Positions 29,024-38,436 of a stretch of DNA of 64,000 bases are shown one piece after another. The first letter of the stretch is position 1, and every line of letters begins with the position of its first letter. This DNA comes from a virus. The notes below the pieces were generated by a model. That model was not told the origin of the DNA. It ran no database searches and saw only the letters and a program-made list of their open reading frames with translations. The position numbers and the translations under genes are program-made. The DNA lies in IMG/VR virus record IMGVR_UViG_3300032330_000236, positions 905 to 64,904 of that record; one strand, given 5' to 3'.

Positions 29024-29671
29024 ATGACTAAATCAAAACAATCTCTCGTTTCAATCTCCGACATTGCACTCAATCATGGTAGGGCAGATAACCAAATTGA
29101 CCATTGTGCAAAAACGGCATTGGAAAAAATCAAGGGTTTTCCTGTACTTGCTGATGTAAGTGAAGAGAATATTCAATCTTTGCGCGATGGATATGCTATT
29201 GCATACAAAGAGGTTTTCAAACCTGTCACTTATGCCGTTATTAATGGTCACTATGTTCAGGCATCGCAAGAACATATCTCTAATGATAAGGTTGAAAAAA
29301 TCGAGTTAACCCTTGATTACTGCCTGTCATTTACCACACATGAGATAGGCACAATGTTCAAAGAAAACCCTGCTTTGAAGGCTTTGATTCGCAAAGAACG
29401 CGACGATCAATCAACCTACATTTCAACGAAAATCAAACGCTTAGTAGCTAAGGCAAACGAGATTCTTAAGAAAATGGCGGGAGAGACAACGAAAAGAGAG
29501 AAAGTGCTTTTCAATGTGACAGTAGCTAAATTCTTTGATGCACAAGAAAAGTCTGTCAAGGTTAAAGAAAAAGGTGGAGACCCTAGTGCGAACCCTGCTA
29601 AGTTTTTAACCGCAATGGATGCCTTTTGGAAAGTGTACGGCACAAAACCTGTGATCGTTAAGAAGTCTTAA
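29024..29671 (+). CDS. First early gene, hypothetical protein (monocistronic)
   Basis: AAGGAA RBS before ATG 29024; own promoter and terminator. Confidence 0.8.
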   Translation: MTKSKQSLVSISDIALNHGRADNQIDHCAKTALEKIKGFPVLADVSEENIQSLRDGYAIAYKEVFKPVTYAVINGHYVQASQEHISNDKVEKIELTLDYCLSFTTHEIGTMFKENPALKALIRKERDDQSTYISTKIKRLVAKANEILKKMAGETTKREKVLFNVTVAKFFDAQEKSVKVKEKGGDPSANPAKFLTAMDAFWKVYGTKPVIVKKS

Positions 29672-29683
29672 TAGACTGACCTG

Positions 29684-29714
29684 ACCCCAGACCGCAAGGT
29701 CTGGGGTTTTTTTT
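29684..29714 (+). terminator. Intrinsic terminator
   Basis: ACCCCAGACC-GCAA-GGTCTGGGGT followed by a T run. Confidence 0.9.
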
Positions 29715-29796
29715 CGCCCCGAACTTTTGATACCAGTTATTAAGGGCGCGCGCGTGATGAGTGAGTGGGTCGCGTGAGCCAAGATCTTAATTAGTG

Positions 29797-29814
29797 ATCT
29801 GTCACATGACAGAT
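29797..29814. promoter_or_regulatory. Palindromic site copy 2
   Basis: ATCTGTCACATGACAGAT. Confidence 0.85.
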
Positions 29815-29930
29815 TGGATTCATAGCTGAGACTAGTCCACACCACGCCGCATCGCCACGCATCGCTAAACGAAACTCAGAACTGACGCATTCGATCGCGC
29901 AAAGCACCGCAACACGCTGTTAACTTTACT

Positions 29931-30302
29931 TGTTCTAAAAAACGAGTAGAACAAAGCACACCTCGTAGAACAGAAAATCGCTTGTAAGTCCTTGTCAACA
30001 TTGAAGAAAAAGTTTTTGTTCTAATGTTCTACGATTTTGAGCATAGGGGTCGGAAATTTGAGAAAAACTCTGTGAGCAAGACTTGTCTGCCAAGTGCAAA
30101 GCCGTGTCCCGAAAATCAAAAATAAAACCGTATCCTACCTAAAAACCGTAGAACATTAGAACAAGTTTCATTTCTTTCTTTCTTTTTTATAAAATAATAA
30201 TACTTCTCCTTACAGAAACACATACTTCAACCAAAAAAGTAATACTCATTTTTGTTCTAACTTTACATAGGAAAATAGAACATCCGTAGAACACATAGAA
30301 CA
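29931..30302. repeat. Iteron-like cluster, candidate replication origin
   Basis: 11 TAGAACA copies in both orientations, 18-bp IR at 30016-30033/30147-30164, AT-rich tract. Confidence 0.7.
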
Positions 30303-30323
30303 AACTTCAAGCACCCGCCTGAT

Positions 30324-30465
30324 TAACTATCTTACGCAAAGCCCTTGACTAATATGTATAGTTGTGTTATACTTATAACTGAGTCGGGGATGAAATTCAT
30401 ATTCGACTCTAATTAACGATCTGTCACCTGACAGATTCAATCAACACACAAGGGAGTAAGTCATG
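30324..30465 (+). promoter_or_regulatory. Promoter/leader cassette A (P2, hairpin, palindrome copy 3, RBS)
   Basis: TTGACT-17-TATACT at 30345-30373; palindrome at 30419-30436. Confidence 0.85.
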
Positions 30466-30828
30466 GGTAAATTCAAAGCAATCGCCATCGACATGATGGA
30501 AAACCACGAGCAAGTGCAAGGCGACTTGTTCATCGAAGAAGAACTGCGCACACTGTTGCAGAACTTCAAGCCAACACCTGAGGAACTTCAAGCTGAACTC
30601 GATGAACTGCAAGCTCATCAGATGAGCCAGCCAAGCGTCAATGTGGTTCCTGAGATAAAAGTTTATTTGCTGATGAAGAACGGCTTTCCTCAGCGAAGCT
30701 ACACCGATCGGGCGTTGGCGTTCTATGAGTGCTGGATTTGCACAGCAGGTGATCTGCACACCGAGGAACCCGACGACTACTATGTGGTCGAGATCATGCA
30801 CGATGCGTCAACCTACACAGGGGAATGA
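30463..30828 (+). CDS. Hypothetical early protein
   Basis: 121 aa, AGGGAG RBS. Confidence 0.7.
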   Translation: MGKFKAIAIDMMENHEQVQGDLFIEEELRTLLQNFKPTPEELQAELDELQAHQMSQPSVNVVPEIKVYLLMKNGFPQRSYTDRALAFYECWICTAGDLHTEEPDDYYVVEIMHDASTYTGE

Positions 30829-30831
30829 GAC

Positions 30832-31005
30832 ATGAATCCAATCTATTACATAGGCACTGCCACGATCGCTTGCGGGTTTATCTTTATCGGGTGGGGTGGC
30901 GAGGGCTATCTGTCGCAAGTCTGCCTGATCTTGGGTGGCTTGGGCTTTGGCGCAGTTGTCACCGATGCGCTGAACTATGTTGAAGGAGGTGAGAGCAATG
31001 AGTAA
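30832..31005 (+). CDS. 57-aa two-TM microprotein (below the ORF-track cutoff)
   Basis: MNPIYYIGTATIACGFIFIGWGGEGYLSQVCLILGGLGFGAVVTDALNYVEGGESNE fills the gap exactly. Confidence 0.6.
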   Translation: MNPIYYIGTATIACGFIFIGWGGEGYLSQVCLILGGLGFGAVVTDALNYVEGGESNE

Positions 31006-31216
31006 ATCTACCCACACACCCGAGTGCCGCGACTGCGGCGAAGAGTACTCTGTCAAGCGGTGGAGTCTCGGCTATAAGTTTTGCCTGCCATGCGGTGAGC
31101 AAATCGCCAAGCGTGTCGTGCGAACAGTCGTGCCGATGCACAAGTCCAACTACATGATGGTCACGGACATGGCTGACTTGAAAGGCATCAACAACAAGGG
31201 AGGGTTTCACAGATGA
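30998..31216 (+). CDS. C4 zinc-finger protein (DksA/TraR-finger-like)
   Basis: CRDCGEE-x4-R-x7-CLPC; GGAGGT RBS before ATG 30998. Confidence 0.65.
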   Translation: MSKSTHTPECRDCGEEYSVKRWSLGYKFCLPCGEQIAKRVVRTVVPMHKSNYMMVTDMADLKGINNKGGFHR

Positions 31217-31506
31217 TGTACGAACCACAACCATCGAAAATGGAACAGATAAGACAGTCGTTTGTGAAGATCATTCGTCACAAACAGGACTTGGAGTTAG
31301 AGGTGATTAAGTTACTCAAGAACCCAGCCGCTACTGAGGCGCAAATCATGGAGGTAAGGGAGATGTTGCTTGCCGTAGAAGAACTACTGGGCAGTGCAGT
31401 GCGCAAGGCGAGGGGGAAGTATCCGTATCAGGGTATCAGCTATGCACCAAGACCTTGGCACAAACCCGAGTTCGATAAATACATGGAGGTGAAAGATGGG
31501 GTATAG
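31213..31506 (+). CDS. Hypothetical protein
   Basis: 97 aa, coupled. Confidence 0.65.
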   Translation: MMYEPQPSKMEQIRQSFVKIIRHKQDLELEVIKLLKNPAATEAQIMEVREMLLAVEELLGSAVRKARGKYPYQGISYAPRPWHKPEFDKYMEVKDGV

Positions 31507-31900
31507 ATCAGATGTCGCATACACGATTCGATTCGTGCATGAGGACGACACCAACAACAAGCAATCGTTCTATGTATTCTTAGCTGAGGCTAAGGCTAAT
31601 GCAGCCACGGCTGCTTGCTTCCTTGAGCATGAATGGGCTGAGTTTGAAATAGACGAAGCACGATACCGCATCAACTTTGCCGCTGACGATGTGAAGTGGT
31701 ACGAGAGCTATGCGGATGTGCAATGCCATGAGGCATTACTTAATCTAGCGAACGAGTGGGACAACGATGAGGATAACCACGCCAACATCGCTTTTCAGTT
31801 CGTGCGTATAGGCGAGGAGACTGATGACATCGAGGACAGACGAAGCGAATCTGCTGATGACTGGATTTATGTTGAACGCACGATCAGCAGGGATTGGTAA
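31496..31900 (+). CDS. Acidic hypothetical protein
   Basis: MGYRSDVA, VKWY, FVRIGEE.DD; GGAGGT RBS. Confidence 0.7.
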   Translation: MGYRSDVAYTIRFVHEDDTNNKQSFYVFLAEAKANAATAACFLEHEWAEFEIDEARYRINFAADDVKWYESYADVQCHEALLNLANEWDNDEDNHANIAFQFVRIGEETDDIEDRRSESADDWIYVERTISRDW

Positions 31901-31920
31901 ATAACTGGTCTCTTCCTGTG

Positions 31921-32062
31921 TAACTATCTTGCGTAAAAGGGTTGACCAATATGTCAAGTTGTGTTATACTTATAACTGAGTCGGGAATGGAAATCGTGAA
32001 CGACTTTAATCAACGATCTGTCACCTGACAGATTGAATCATCAATCAAAGGGAGTTCTTATG
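31921..32062 (+). promoter_or_regulatory. Promoter/leader cassette B (P3, hairpin, palindrome copy 4, RBS)
   Basis: TTGACC-17-TATACT at 31942-31970; palindrome at 32016-32033; colinear with cassette A. Confidence 0.85.
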
Positions 32063-32989
32063 AACATGGAGTTATCAAAGCCCAAGCATCTCATCAGCTT
32101 GGCATCGTCAGCAGTCCTCGTTAGCGTGGATGTCAATGTGTGGTCAGCAACGAAGCAAGATCGTGGCATCAGCAATGAGATCACTACCGCAAAGAACGCT
32201 TCAAGCAATGCGGGTCGGTATGTCAAGCACTTGTTGGCAGATCATCCCAAGCACAAGGCGTTGGTCAACTATCGTCAGACGATATACAACTGGGTCAAGC
32301 GCCGCACCTATCGTTGGAATAACTCTCAGGACTTGTTACCGAGTATTGATGTGCCACGCTTCAAGCAGGAGTTCGCAGAGCATCAAGCATCATTCAATAA
32401 GCTCTTAGCTGACTTCATTGTTTCCTACGACGGCATCGTGAGTGACATGGCGTTCAATGCCGCAGGCATGGGCGATATGTTTGATCGGTTGGACTACCCG
32501 CCCAAGGAAGCGTTGGTCGCCAAGTTCGGTGTGCAGTTATTCGTGAGCGAGGTTCCGATGAATGACTTTCGTTGTGGCATTGCGAACGACATCGCTGATG
32601 ATTTGTTTGCGACATACAGCAAGCAAGCCGAGGACATAGTGGTCTCCATCGTGACAGAGCAGAAAGCAAGGTTCGTCGAGGTGATGGAGTCGATCAGTCA
32701 TTGCTGTGGTGTGGATGAGATCGGTGTGGATGACAACACAGGCGAGACCAAGACCCGCAAGCGCAAGATCTACGACACCACAATTCAGAAAGCGTTGGAG
32801 ATGTGCGAGACCTTCAAGGGTTTCAACCTAAGCGCCGATCCCGAGTTGGAGGTAGCCCGAGCATCGCTTGAGAGAGCGTTGGCTGATGTGTCGGCAAAGG
32901 ACATTCGTGAGAGTGACGCAGTGCGTTCGAGTGTGAAAGAAGATGTTGACAGCATCTTGAGTAAGTTCAGTTCTTTTCAGTGTGTTTAA
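32060..32989 (+). CDS. DUF3150-like protein
   Basis: LVSVDVNVWSATKQD, KHLL, DYP; precedes the AAA and vWA genes. Confidence 0.55.
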   Translation: MNMELSKPKHLISLASSAVLVSVDVNVWSATKQDRGISNEITTAKNASSNAGRYVKHLLADHPKHKALVNYRQTIYNWVKRRTYRWNNSQDLLPSIDVPRFKQEFAEHQASFNKLLADFIVSYDGIVSDMAFNAAGMGDMFDRLDYPPKEALVAKFGVQLFVSEVPMNDFRCGIANDIADDLFATYSKQAEDIVVSIVTEQKARFVEVMESISHCCGVDEIGVDDNTGETKTRKRKIYDTTIQKALEMCETFKGFNLSADPELEVARASLERALADVSAKDIRESDAVRSSVKEDVDSILSKFSSFQCV

Positions 32990-33004
32990 TCAAGGAGTAA
33001 TCAA

Positions 33005-34081
33005 ATGAGCAAAATGAATTTCACCCCAATGGTATCCATCAACGAGTTGCGGAAAATGATTCCGCTAATAGGTTCAGATCTGACATTGGTCATACAGAGC
33101 GAGCCAGGTTGTGGCAAGACCTCCCTCTTATCTATGATGGAACAAGATCATGGCGACAAGTATGACTACATCTATGTGGACTGTCCTGTCAAAGACATGA
33201 GCGACATCGGTATGACTATTCCCAATCACGCAAGCAAGTCTCTTGAGTACTATGTTGCTGAGTTGTTCAACATGGACAGCGACAAACCTAAGATGATCTT
33301 ACTTGACGAGTTGATGAAGTCACCCAAGCTCATGCAAGTGATCTATACCCGACTCATGCTTGAGCGTATGGTGGGTGATCGGGCGTTGCCCAAGGGGTCG
33401 GTCATCATTGCAACATCTAACAACGCAAGCGATGGCGTGGGTGACTCAATGCTTGCCCACGCAGGCAATCGTGTGTGTATCGTGCGCATGGCAAAGCCCA
33501 CAGCTGATGAATGGTTGACATGGGCAACAGCTAATGGAATCTCTCGTGTTGTTCGTGCGTTCGTGTCTATGTTCCCTCGGGTCATGGCTTCCTACTTGGA
33601 AGGCGATAACCAAAAAGACAATCCATACATCTTCAAGCCAAGCTCGGGTGTGTTGTCGTTCTGTTCACCTCGTTCATTGGCGAAGTGCGATGTGATCGTG
33701 AAGCATCGTGATGTGTTGGGTGAGAACGCAACTATGGTTGCATTGGCAGGCACGATCGGTGCGTCAGCGGCGGGTGACATGGCGGCTTTCATGTCATTGG
33801 AGAAATCATTGACAGATGTCAAGGACATCGTGAAGAACCCGTTGGGTGTAGTCATGCCAAGAGACATCAGCGCACAGTTGATGATTATGTTTCAAGCAGT
33901 AGATACATTGGCGACACAGGACGAGTTGACAGCGTTCATGGAGTTCGTTGGTCGTATCGACTCAAGCGAGGTGCAAGCGGTGTTCTTCACCATGATGATG
34001 CGTAGTCCCAAGGCAGTGCGTCTTGCAAGAAACAATGCAAAGATCGCTGAGTGGGCTAAGAATAACCATGAACTGTTCTAA
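33005..34081 (+). CDS. AAA+ ATPase (MoxR/dynein-related)
   Basis: EPGCGKTS, ILLDE, IATSN, NR, SPRS. Confidence 0.85.
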   Translation: MSKMNFTPMVSINELRKMIPLIGSDLTLVIQSEPGCGKTSLLSMMEQDHGDKYDYIYVDCPVKDMSDIGMTIPNHASKSLEYYVAELFNMDSDKPKMILLDELMKSPKLMQVIYTRLMLERMVGDRALPKGSVIIATSNNASDGVGDSMLAHAGNRVCIVRMAKPTADEWLTWATANGISRVVRAFVSMFPRVMASYLEGDNQKDNPYIFKPSSGVLSFCSPRSLAKCDVIVKHRDVLGENATMVALAGTIGASAAGDMAAFMSLEKSLTDVKDIVKNPLGVVMPRDISAQLMIMFQAVDTLATQDELTAFMEFVGRIDSSEVQAVFFTMMMRSPKAVRLARNNAKIAEWAKNNHELF

Positions 34082-34091
34082 GGAGTGAGTG

Positions 34092-34286
34092 ATGATAAGT
34101 ATTACTGAGTTGGAGTTGGTGTTGTTCATTGGCTTTGTCGTGATGACAGGGATGTACTTCAAGCTGAGAGGCGAGTTGTATATGCACAGGCGTGTAACGG
34201 CTGAGATCTTCATGCGTATTGCCAAGGGCAATATGAAAGTGACAGAGACCGAAGATGGTTACGAGTTGGAGGTTACATCCAAATGA
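34092..34286 (+). CDS. Small single-TM protein
   Basis: LELVLFIGFVVMTGMYF; AAGGAG RBS. Confidence 0.6.
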   Translation: MISITELELVLFIGFVVMTGMYFKLRGELYMHRRVTAEIFMRIAKGNMKVTETEDGYELEVTSK

Positions 34287-34369
34287 GCGAAACAAAGTGG
34301 TTGACTCTCGCCTATGTGTTGGCGATGGTCGTTCTTGTGTTAGATGTTTTTTACTGGAGAGTGGGATGA
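34283..34369 (+). CDS. 28-aa single-TM microprotein (below the ORF-track cutoff)
   Basis: MSETKWLTLAYVLAMVVLVLDVFYWRVG with ATGA overlaps at both ends. Confidence 0.6.
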   Translation: MSETKWLTLAYVLAMVVLVLDVFYWRVG

Positions 34370-35646
34370 GCAAACAAGAGACGCGTGTTAAGAAGGCGCA
34401 CATCGCCTTGATGAAACACCCTGAGACAGCACTGTATAGCGGTGTGATGTTGATGGGTAAGAGTGAGGTCGTCGATAGTGGATGTCCTACGGCATACACC
34501 GATGGTGTCAACAAGGTCTATGGTCGCAAGTTCTTAGAGACTGTCGATACCGAGCCAAAGGTTCGTGGTTTGATACTGCATGAGAATCTTCATGTAGCGT
34601 TGAAGCAGTTGCCAAGAGGTAAGGATATGTTTGATGAGAATCGCAAGCTCGCAAACATCGCCGCCGACATGGTAGTCAACAACATCATCGAAGATATTAA
34701 AGGCACAGTCAATGGTTCGTCCGAGCGAATCGTTGCGTTGCCTGATGGTGCGGTGTATGACCCCATGTTCCAAAACTGGTCGATGCGTGAGGTATACAAC
34801 TATCTCAAGAAGAACTGCAAAGGCAAGGGCAAAGGTAAGGGTGAGGGCAAGGGCGGTGGAAATAGTGATCTGTCAGGTGACAGACCCGAAGATGGTGATG
34901 GAGATGGCGACACTATCACTATCAACGGCAAGACCTATGATCTTTCTGACGCAGACGAACATGATCTCGATAACCTGAAAGACCTGACGCATGAGCAGAT
35001 CAAAGAGATCAACGATGCAATCGACAAGGCATTGCGTGAGGGCGGTATGTTGGCGGGTCGCATGGGTGCAAAGATACCTAGATCAATCTCCGACTTACTT
35101 GAACCAAAGGTAGATTGGCGTGATGCGTTGAGAGACTTTGTAGCGAGTGCTATCAAAGGCAAAGATGAATTCACATGGCGTCGAATGAACAAGCGTCAGC
35201 TCGTCAATGATATTTATCTGCCAAGCATGGAGAACGAGACAATCGGTGAGGTGGTCGTTGCCATTGACACATCGGGTTCGATCGGCAGTGCGCAGATCAC
35301 TGAGTTTGCAACAGAACTGGTCTCTATTTGTGATCTGTGTTCGCCCGACAAAGTGCGTGTTTTGTGGTGGGATACCGATGTACATGGTGAGCAAGCCTTT
35401 GCAGGCAACTACCAAGACATCGCTACTCTACTCAAGCCAATGGGCGGAGGCGGTACTCATGTGTCATGCGTCAATGAATACATCAACAAGGAACGCATCA
35501 ATGCGGAGTGCGTCATCGTGTTCACTGATGGCTATGTTGAGAGCGACATCACATGGACTATTCCTAGCCCAACCCTGTGGATGGTCACCGAGTGCAAATC
35601 GTTCGAGCCTCCTGTCGGTAAGAAGGTGAAGTTCGGTGACGACTGA
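34366..35646 (+). CDS. HExxH metallopeptidase-like plus vWA protein (DUF2201 type)
   Basis: TAYTDG, LHENLH, MIDAS DTSGS, GGGGT, FTDGY; start moved to MSKQE. Confidence 0.85.
   Translation: MSKQETRVKKAHIALMKHPETALYSGVMLMGKSEVVDSGCPTAYTDGVNKVYGRKFLETVDTEPKVRGLILHENLHVALKQLPRGKDMFDENRKLANIAADMVVNNIIEDIKGTVNGSSERIVALPDGAVYDPMFQNWSMREVYNYLKKNCKGKGKGKGEGKGGGNSDLSGDRPEDGDGDGDTITINGKTYDLSDADEHDLDNLKDLTHEQIKEINDAIDKALREGGMLAGRMGAKIPRSISDLLEPKVDWRDALRDFVASAIKGKDEFTWRRMNKRQLVNDIYLPSMENETIGEVVVAIDTSGSIGSAQITEFATELVSICDLCSPDKVRVLWWDTDVHGEQAFAGNYQDIATLLKPMGGGGTHVSCVNEYINKERINAECVIVFTDGYVESDITWTIPSPTLWMVTECKSFEPPVGKKVKFGDD
34868..34885. promoter_or_regulatory. Palindromic site copy 5 (intragenic, inverted spacer)
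   Basis: ATCTGTCAGGTGACAGAC. Confidence 0.75.
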
Positions 35647-35878
35647 TTCATTTGCAATGCTGTTCGCTGACATTACTTATAGGACAAAAGGCGTGACAAA
35701 AGAAAGCAAACACCGAATGTCAAAAGAGTTAGCGCAGGAACTCAGAGATCAAATGGGGGACAACGCTTATCTCTTTTGCGTAGAGAAACTATCAAACGGC
35801 ACAGAACAACCACAACTGTGGCGTGATGTGTTGACTTGGCTTACTGAAACTGAAACAACAAAAGGGGAAACGAAATGA
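35636..35878 (+). CDS. Hypothetical protein
   Basis: Fills the gap; start uncertain. Confidence 0.5.
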   Translation: MTTDSFAMLFADITYRTKGVTKESKHRMSKELAQELRDQMGDNAYLFCVEKLSNGTEQPQLWRDVLTWLTETETTKGETK

Positions 35879-36852
35879 AGGGTCTTAGTTACGAGCGCCT
35901 TGAGCGCATTACACACAAAGAAAACCCATACCGAGGCACAACCAATCGGTATCCTGTGGGCAACCGCAGACACAACCTCAAGAACTTCTATGTCAGAGAA
36001 GAGAATGGCGTAAAAGTATTTGATGTGACATACGGCACACGACACAAGTCACACGCTTGTACGAAAGAACAATTCGATGCAATGGAAGCAACAGGCGCAA
36101 GTCATATTTATAAGTATGAATATACTGACCGCATTGAATACCTACGATACGAGGTAGTGCCATTCAGAATCGGCACAGTGTATCCCGAAGAATACTTTCA
36201 ATTCAACGGCGATTCCTACTATGGGCAGGGCGATCGTGCGTTCTTGAGTGATTGTTCTCATGGATGGTTCTGCAATGATTCACGCAGGGGCGGCATGGTG
36301 TGGACATTCGGTCGCGGCGTTGATTACCGATGTATTCCGATCTTCAAGGGTATGCGTGTCTCTACTGCGGATAACTTTGAAGTGCTTGATGACTATGTGG
36401 TGGTCGGCAAGAAAGTCAATCGTAAGGTGGGTAAAGATCTTCTTGCGGGATATGAAACTTTCTACAAGACTGCTGAGACTATGTGCAAAGCAATGTCTAG
36501 AGAAATCTTTCTTGCAACTGCTAAGGAAATCATTGAGGAGGAACAACGAGACCACAAAAAATTCTTTGATGAAGCCGAAGCACGACGAGATCAAGCACCG
36601 CTTGATGCAATGATTCTCTACGCGTTGGCGTTGGATGTGGGCAAGATCGGTCAACAGATCAACCATCCGAATTGGTATCAAGCCGAGCCACACGAAGTAT
36701 TTTGCAATCTCAAGCGAAAGATGAACAACGGACTCTATCGGGAACATCCCGAGGTGTTTACCCCTGTGCGTTATGGCAAGGGTGAGGCGTACCCACCAAG
36801 CATTTGGGGATACGAGATCGAGGTCAATGGCGAGATCAAGCAACAGTATTAA
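35875..36852 (+). CDS. Hypothetical protein
   Basis: 325 aa with RBS. Confidence 0.8.
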   Translation: MKGLSYERLERITHKENPYRGTTNRYPVGNRRHNLKNFYVREENGVKVFDVTYGTRHKSHACTKEQFDAMEATGASHIYKYEYTDRIEYLRYEVVPFRIGTVYPEEYFQFNGDSYYGQGDRAFLSDCSHGWFCNDSRRGGMVWTFGRGVDYRCIPIFKGMRVSTADNFEVLDDYVVVGKKVNRKVGKDLLAGYETFYKTAETMCKAMSREIFLATAKEIIEEEQRDHKKFFDEAEARRDQAPLDAMILYALALDVGKIGQQINHPNWYQAEPHEVFCNLKRKMNNGLYREHPEVFTPVRYGKGEAYPPSIWGYEIEVNGEIKQQY

Positions 36853-36858
36853 TCAGTA

Positions 36859-36876
36859 GTCTGTCATCCGACAGAT
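36859..36876. promoter_or_regulatory. Palindromic site copy 6 (degenerate, intergenic)
   Basis: GTCTGTCATCCGACAGAT. Confidence 0.65.
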
Positions 36877-36898
36877 TCATTTTCAAAAGGGGAAAGTA

Positions 36899-37822
36899 AT
36901 GAGTAGATATATTCTTGAGGGATTCAACGAGGAAGGCTTTGAAGAGAGCCTCAAAGCAAGCCGAGTGTTTCCATTGGTGCGTGACTTGTGCCACAAGTTC
37001 AATCTGAAAGTCTTAGCCGAGACAGAACTCAGTGGTAAGCAGGCGTTCCAGTTGTGCCATCCCAATGGCATGACAGTAGGTAAGGCGTTCGTCAGAGACA
37101 TCGACGACAACGGCAGTCTTGCAACAGAGTATTGCTATCGCACACCTTACTACACAAAAGAGCGTGGTAGGAGTCACGACGACAAGACAACATTGCGTAG
37201 CACCAAAGTCTCTTCACTGATAGCAACCATTGGCAGAGTCAAAGCTATTCCCAGTATCGACAAGTTGGTCGAGAAGAAGATGAACAAACTAGGCGATGCG
37301 AGAGAGATCATGGAGAAAGCGATGGGGAGTACACACAAGTCAACTAGTGAACTCTATGCTGACGAGATACAAGCATTGCTTTGTGCGGTACTAGGGGAAA
37401 CTCCTAATGGAAATCACATCACAATCGACACAGTTAAATGTAAAAAGGTACTTGACAAATACAATGAAGCTGATAGGATTCGGGTCAAGAAGTTAGAAGA
37501 AGTCGGTAGGTTTTTTCACAATCCTTTCTACATGATTGGTGCAGATCAATTCAACCACTTCATAGTCGGCAAAGTTAAAGTCATAGGGGAGAAACAGTAT
37601 GAAATCGTTGAGCCATTCAAACGCTACAAAAACATCACCGAGCGTGATGATCTTATCCCTGTGATGACTATGACTAAGTTAGCCTACGAGGGTAAGGGGC
37701 ATCGTATGCAGGCAGGTTACATACCCGCAACCGATATGTACGACGAGAGCCTTGATGCGGTGTTCTTCTACGAACAGCAAGCCACACACTACGACTACAT
37801 TTGGATGGCTACTCCATGCTGA
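36899..37822 (+). CDS. Hypothetical protein
   Basis: 307 aa with RBS. Confidence 0.8.
   Translation: MSRYILEGFNEEGFEESLKASRVFPLVRDLCHKFNLKVLAETELSGKQAFQLCHPNGMTVGKAFVRDIDDNGSLATEYCYRTPYYTKERGRSHDDKTTLRSTKVSSLIATIGRVKAIPSIDKLVEKKMNKLGDAREIMEKAMGSTHKSTSELYADEIQALLCAVLGETPNGNHITIDTVKCKKVLDKYNEADRIRVKKLEEVGRFFHNPFYMIGADQFNHFIVGKVKVIGEKQYEIVEPFKRYKNITERDDLIPVMTMTKLAYEGKGHRMQAGYIPATDMYDESLDAVFFYEQQATHYDYIWMATPC
37452..37479 (+). promoter_or_regulatory. Possible intragenic sigma70 promoter
   Basis: A-tract, then TTGACA-16-TAGGAT with TGn extension. Confidence 0.35.
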
Positions 37823-38169
37823 GTGAGAACCTTGCACCGATTGTTCATCAATGGAACTGGGACTTAGTGCGAGTCCCTGTTCGTAAGATTGAAGATCACT
37901 ACATCGTCTTTGTGGCTGACGCATATCACAGACGATACGACGAGGATACATTGCCTGATGAGTTGAAAACCAAGATGGCAATGATTCTCGCAAGCCCACA
38001 TCACAAGGTGTTACCTGACCACAAGTTGCAGAAGCTCACACTCTACACAAACAATGAGTCAGAAGAACTTGATGAGATAGGGTGGCAAGCATCGGACACT
38101 TTCTTTTGTGTGGCGTTGACACGCCCGACCTTGGCACTGATGAGAGGGGAAAAAGATGGGGAAACTTAA
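37816..38169 (+). CDS. Hypothetical protein
   Basis: Start moved to MLSENL; overlaps the upstream stop. Confidence 0.7.
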   Translation: MLSENLAPIVHQWNWDLVRVPVRKIEDHYIVFVADAYHRRYDEDTLPDELKTKMAMILASPHHKVLPDHKLQKLTLYTNNESEELDEIGWQASDTFFCVALTRPTLALMRGEKDGET

Positions 38170-38425
38170 AGCTGCTTGGTCAGAGGAACTTCTTGAACAG
38201 AGCATAAGGGAAATCATGTTCCCCAAAGACTATTGGATTACCAAAGATGGGCGGTTCATTCCTATTGATGACATGGACTTTCAACACCTTGAGAACATCG
38301 TCAATTTCTTTTCTCAGGAAGGCACAACAGTTGACCCGATGAGGCAAGGTGCGTTTGAAAAGGTGATGTTGCGGTATCTGCGTATGCAAGCCGAGATCAA
38401 TGATGTCCACAAAGATATTCTGTAA
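38156..38425 (+). CDS. Hypothetical protein
   Basis: WITKDGR.IPIDDM..HLENI. Confidence 0.7.
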   Translation: MGKLKAAWSEELLEQSIREIMFPKDYWITKDGRFIPIDDMDFQHLENIVNFFSQEGTTVDPMRQGAFEKVMLRYLRMQAEINDVHKDIL

Positions 38426-38436
38426 GGAGAGCAAGC

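Noticed and set aside
34255-34365. N-terminal extension of the vWA gene in the ORF track
   Set aside because: The interval is better explained by the coupled 28-aa microprotein; the vWA gene likely starts at 34366.
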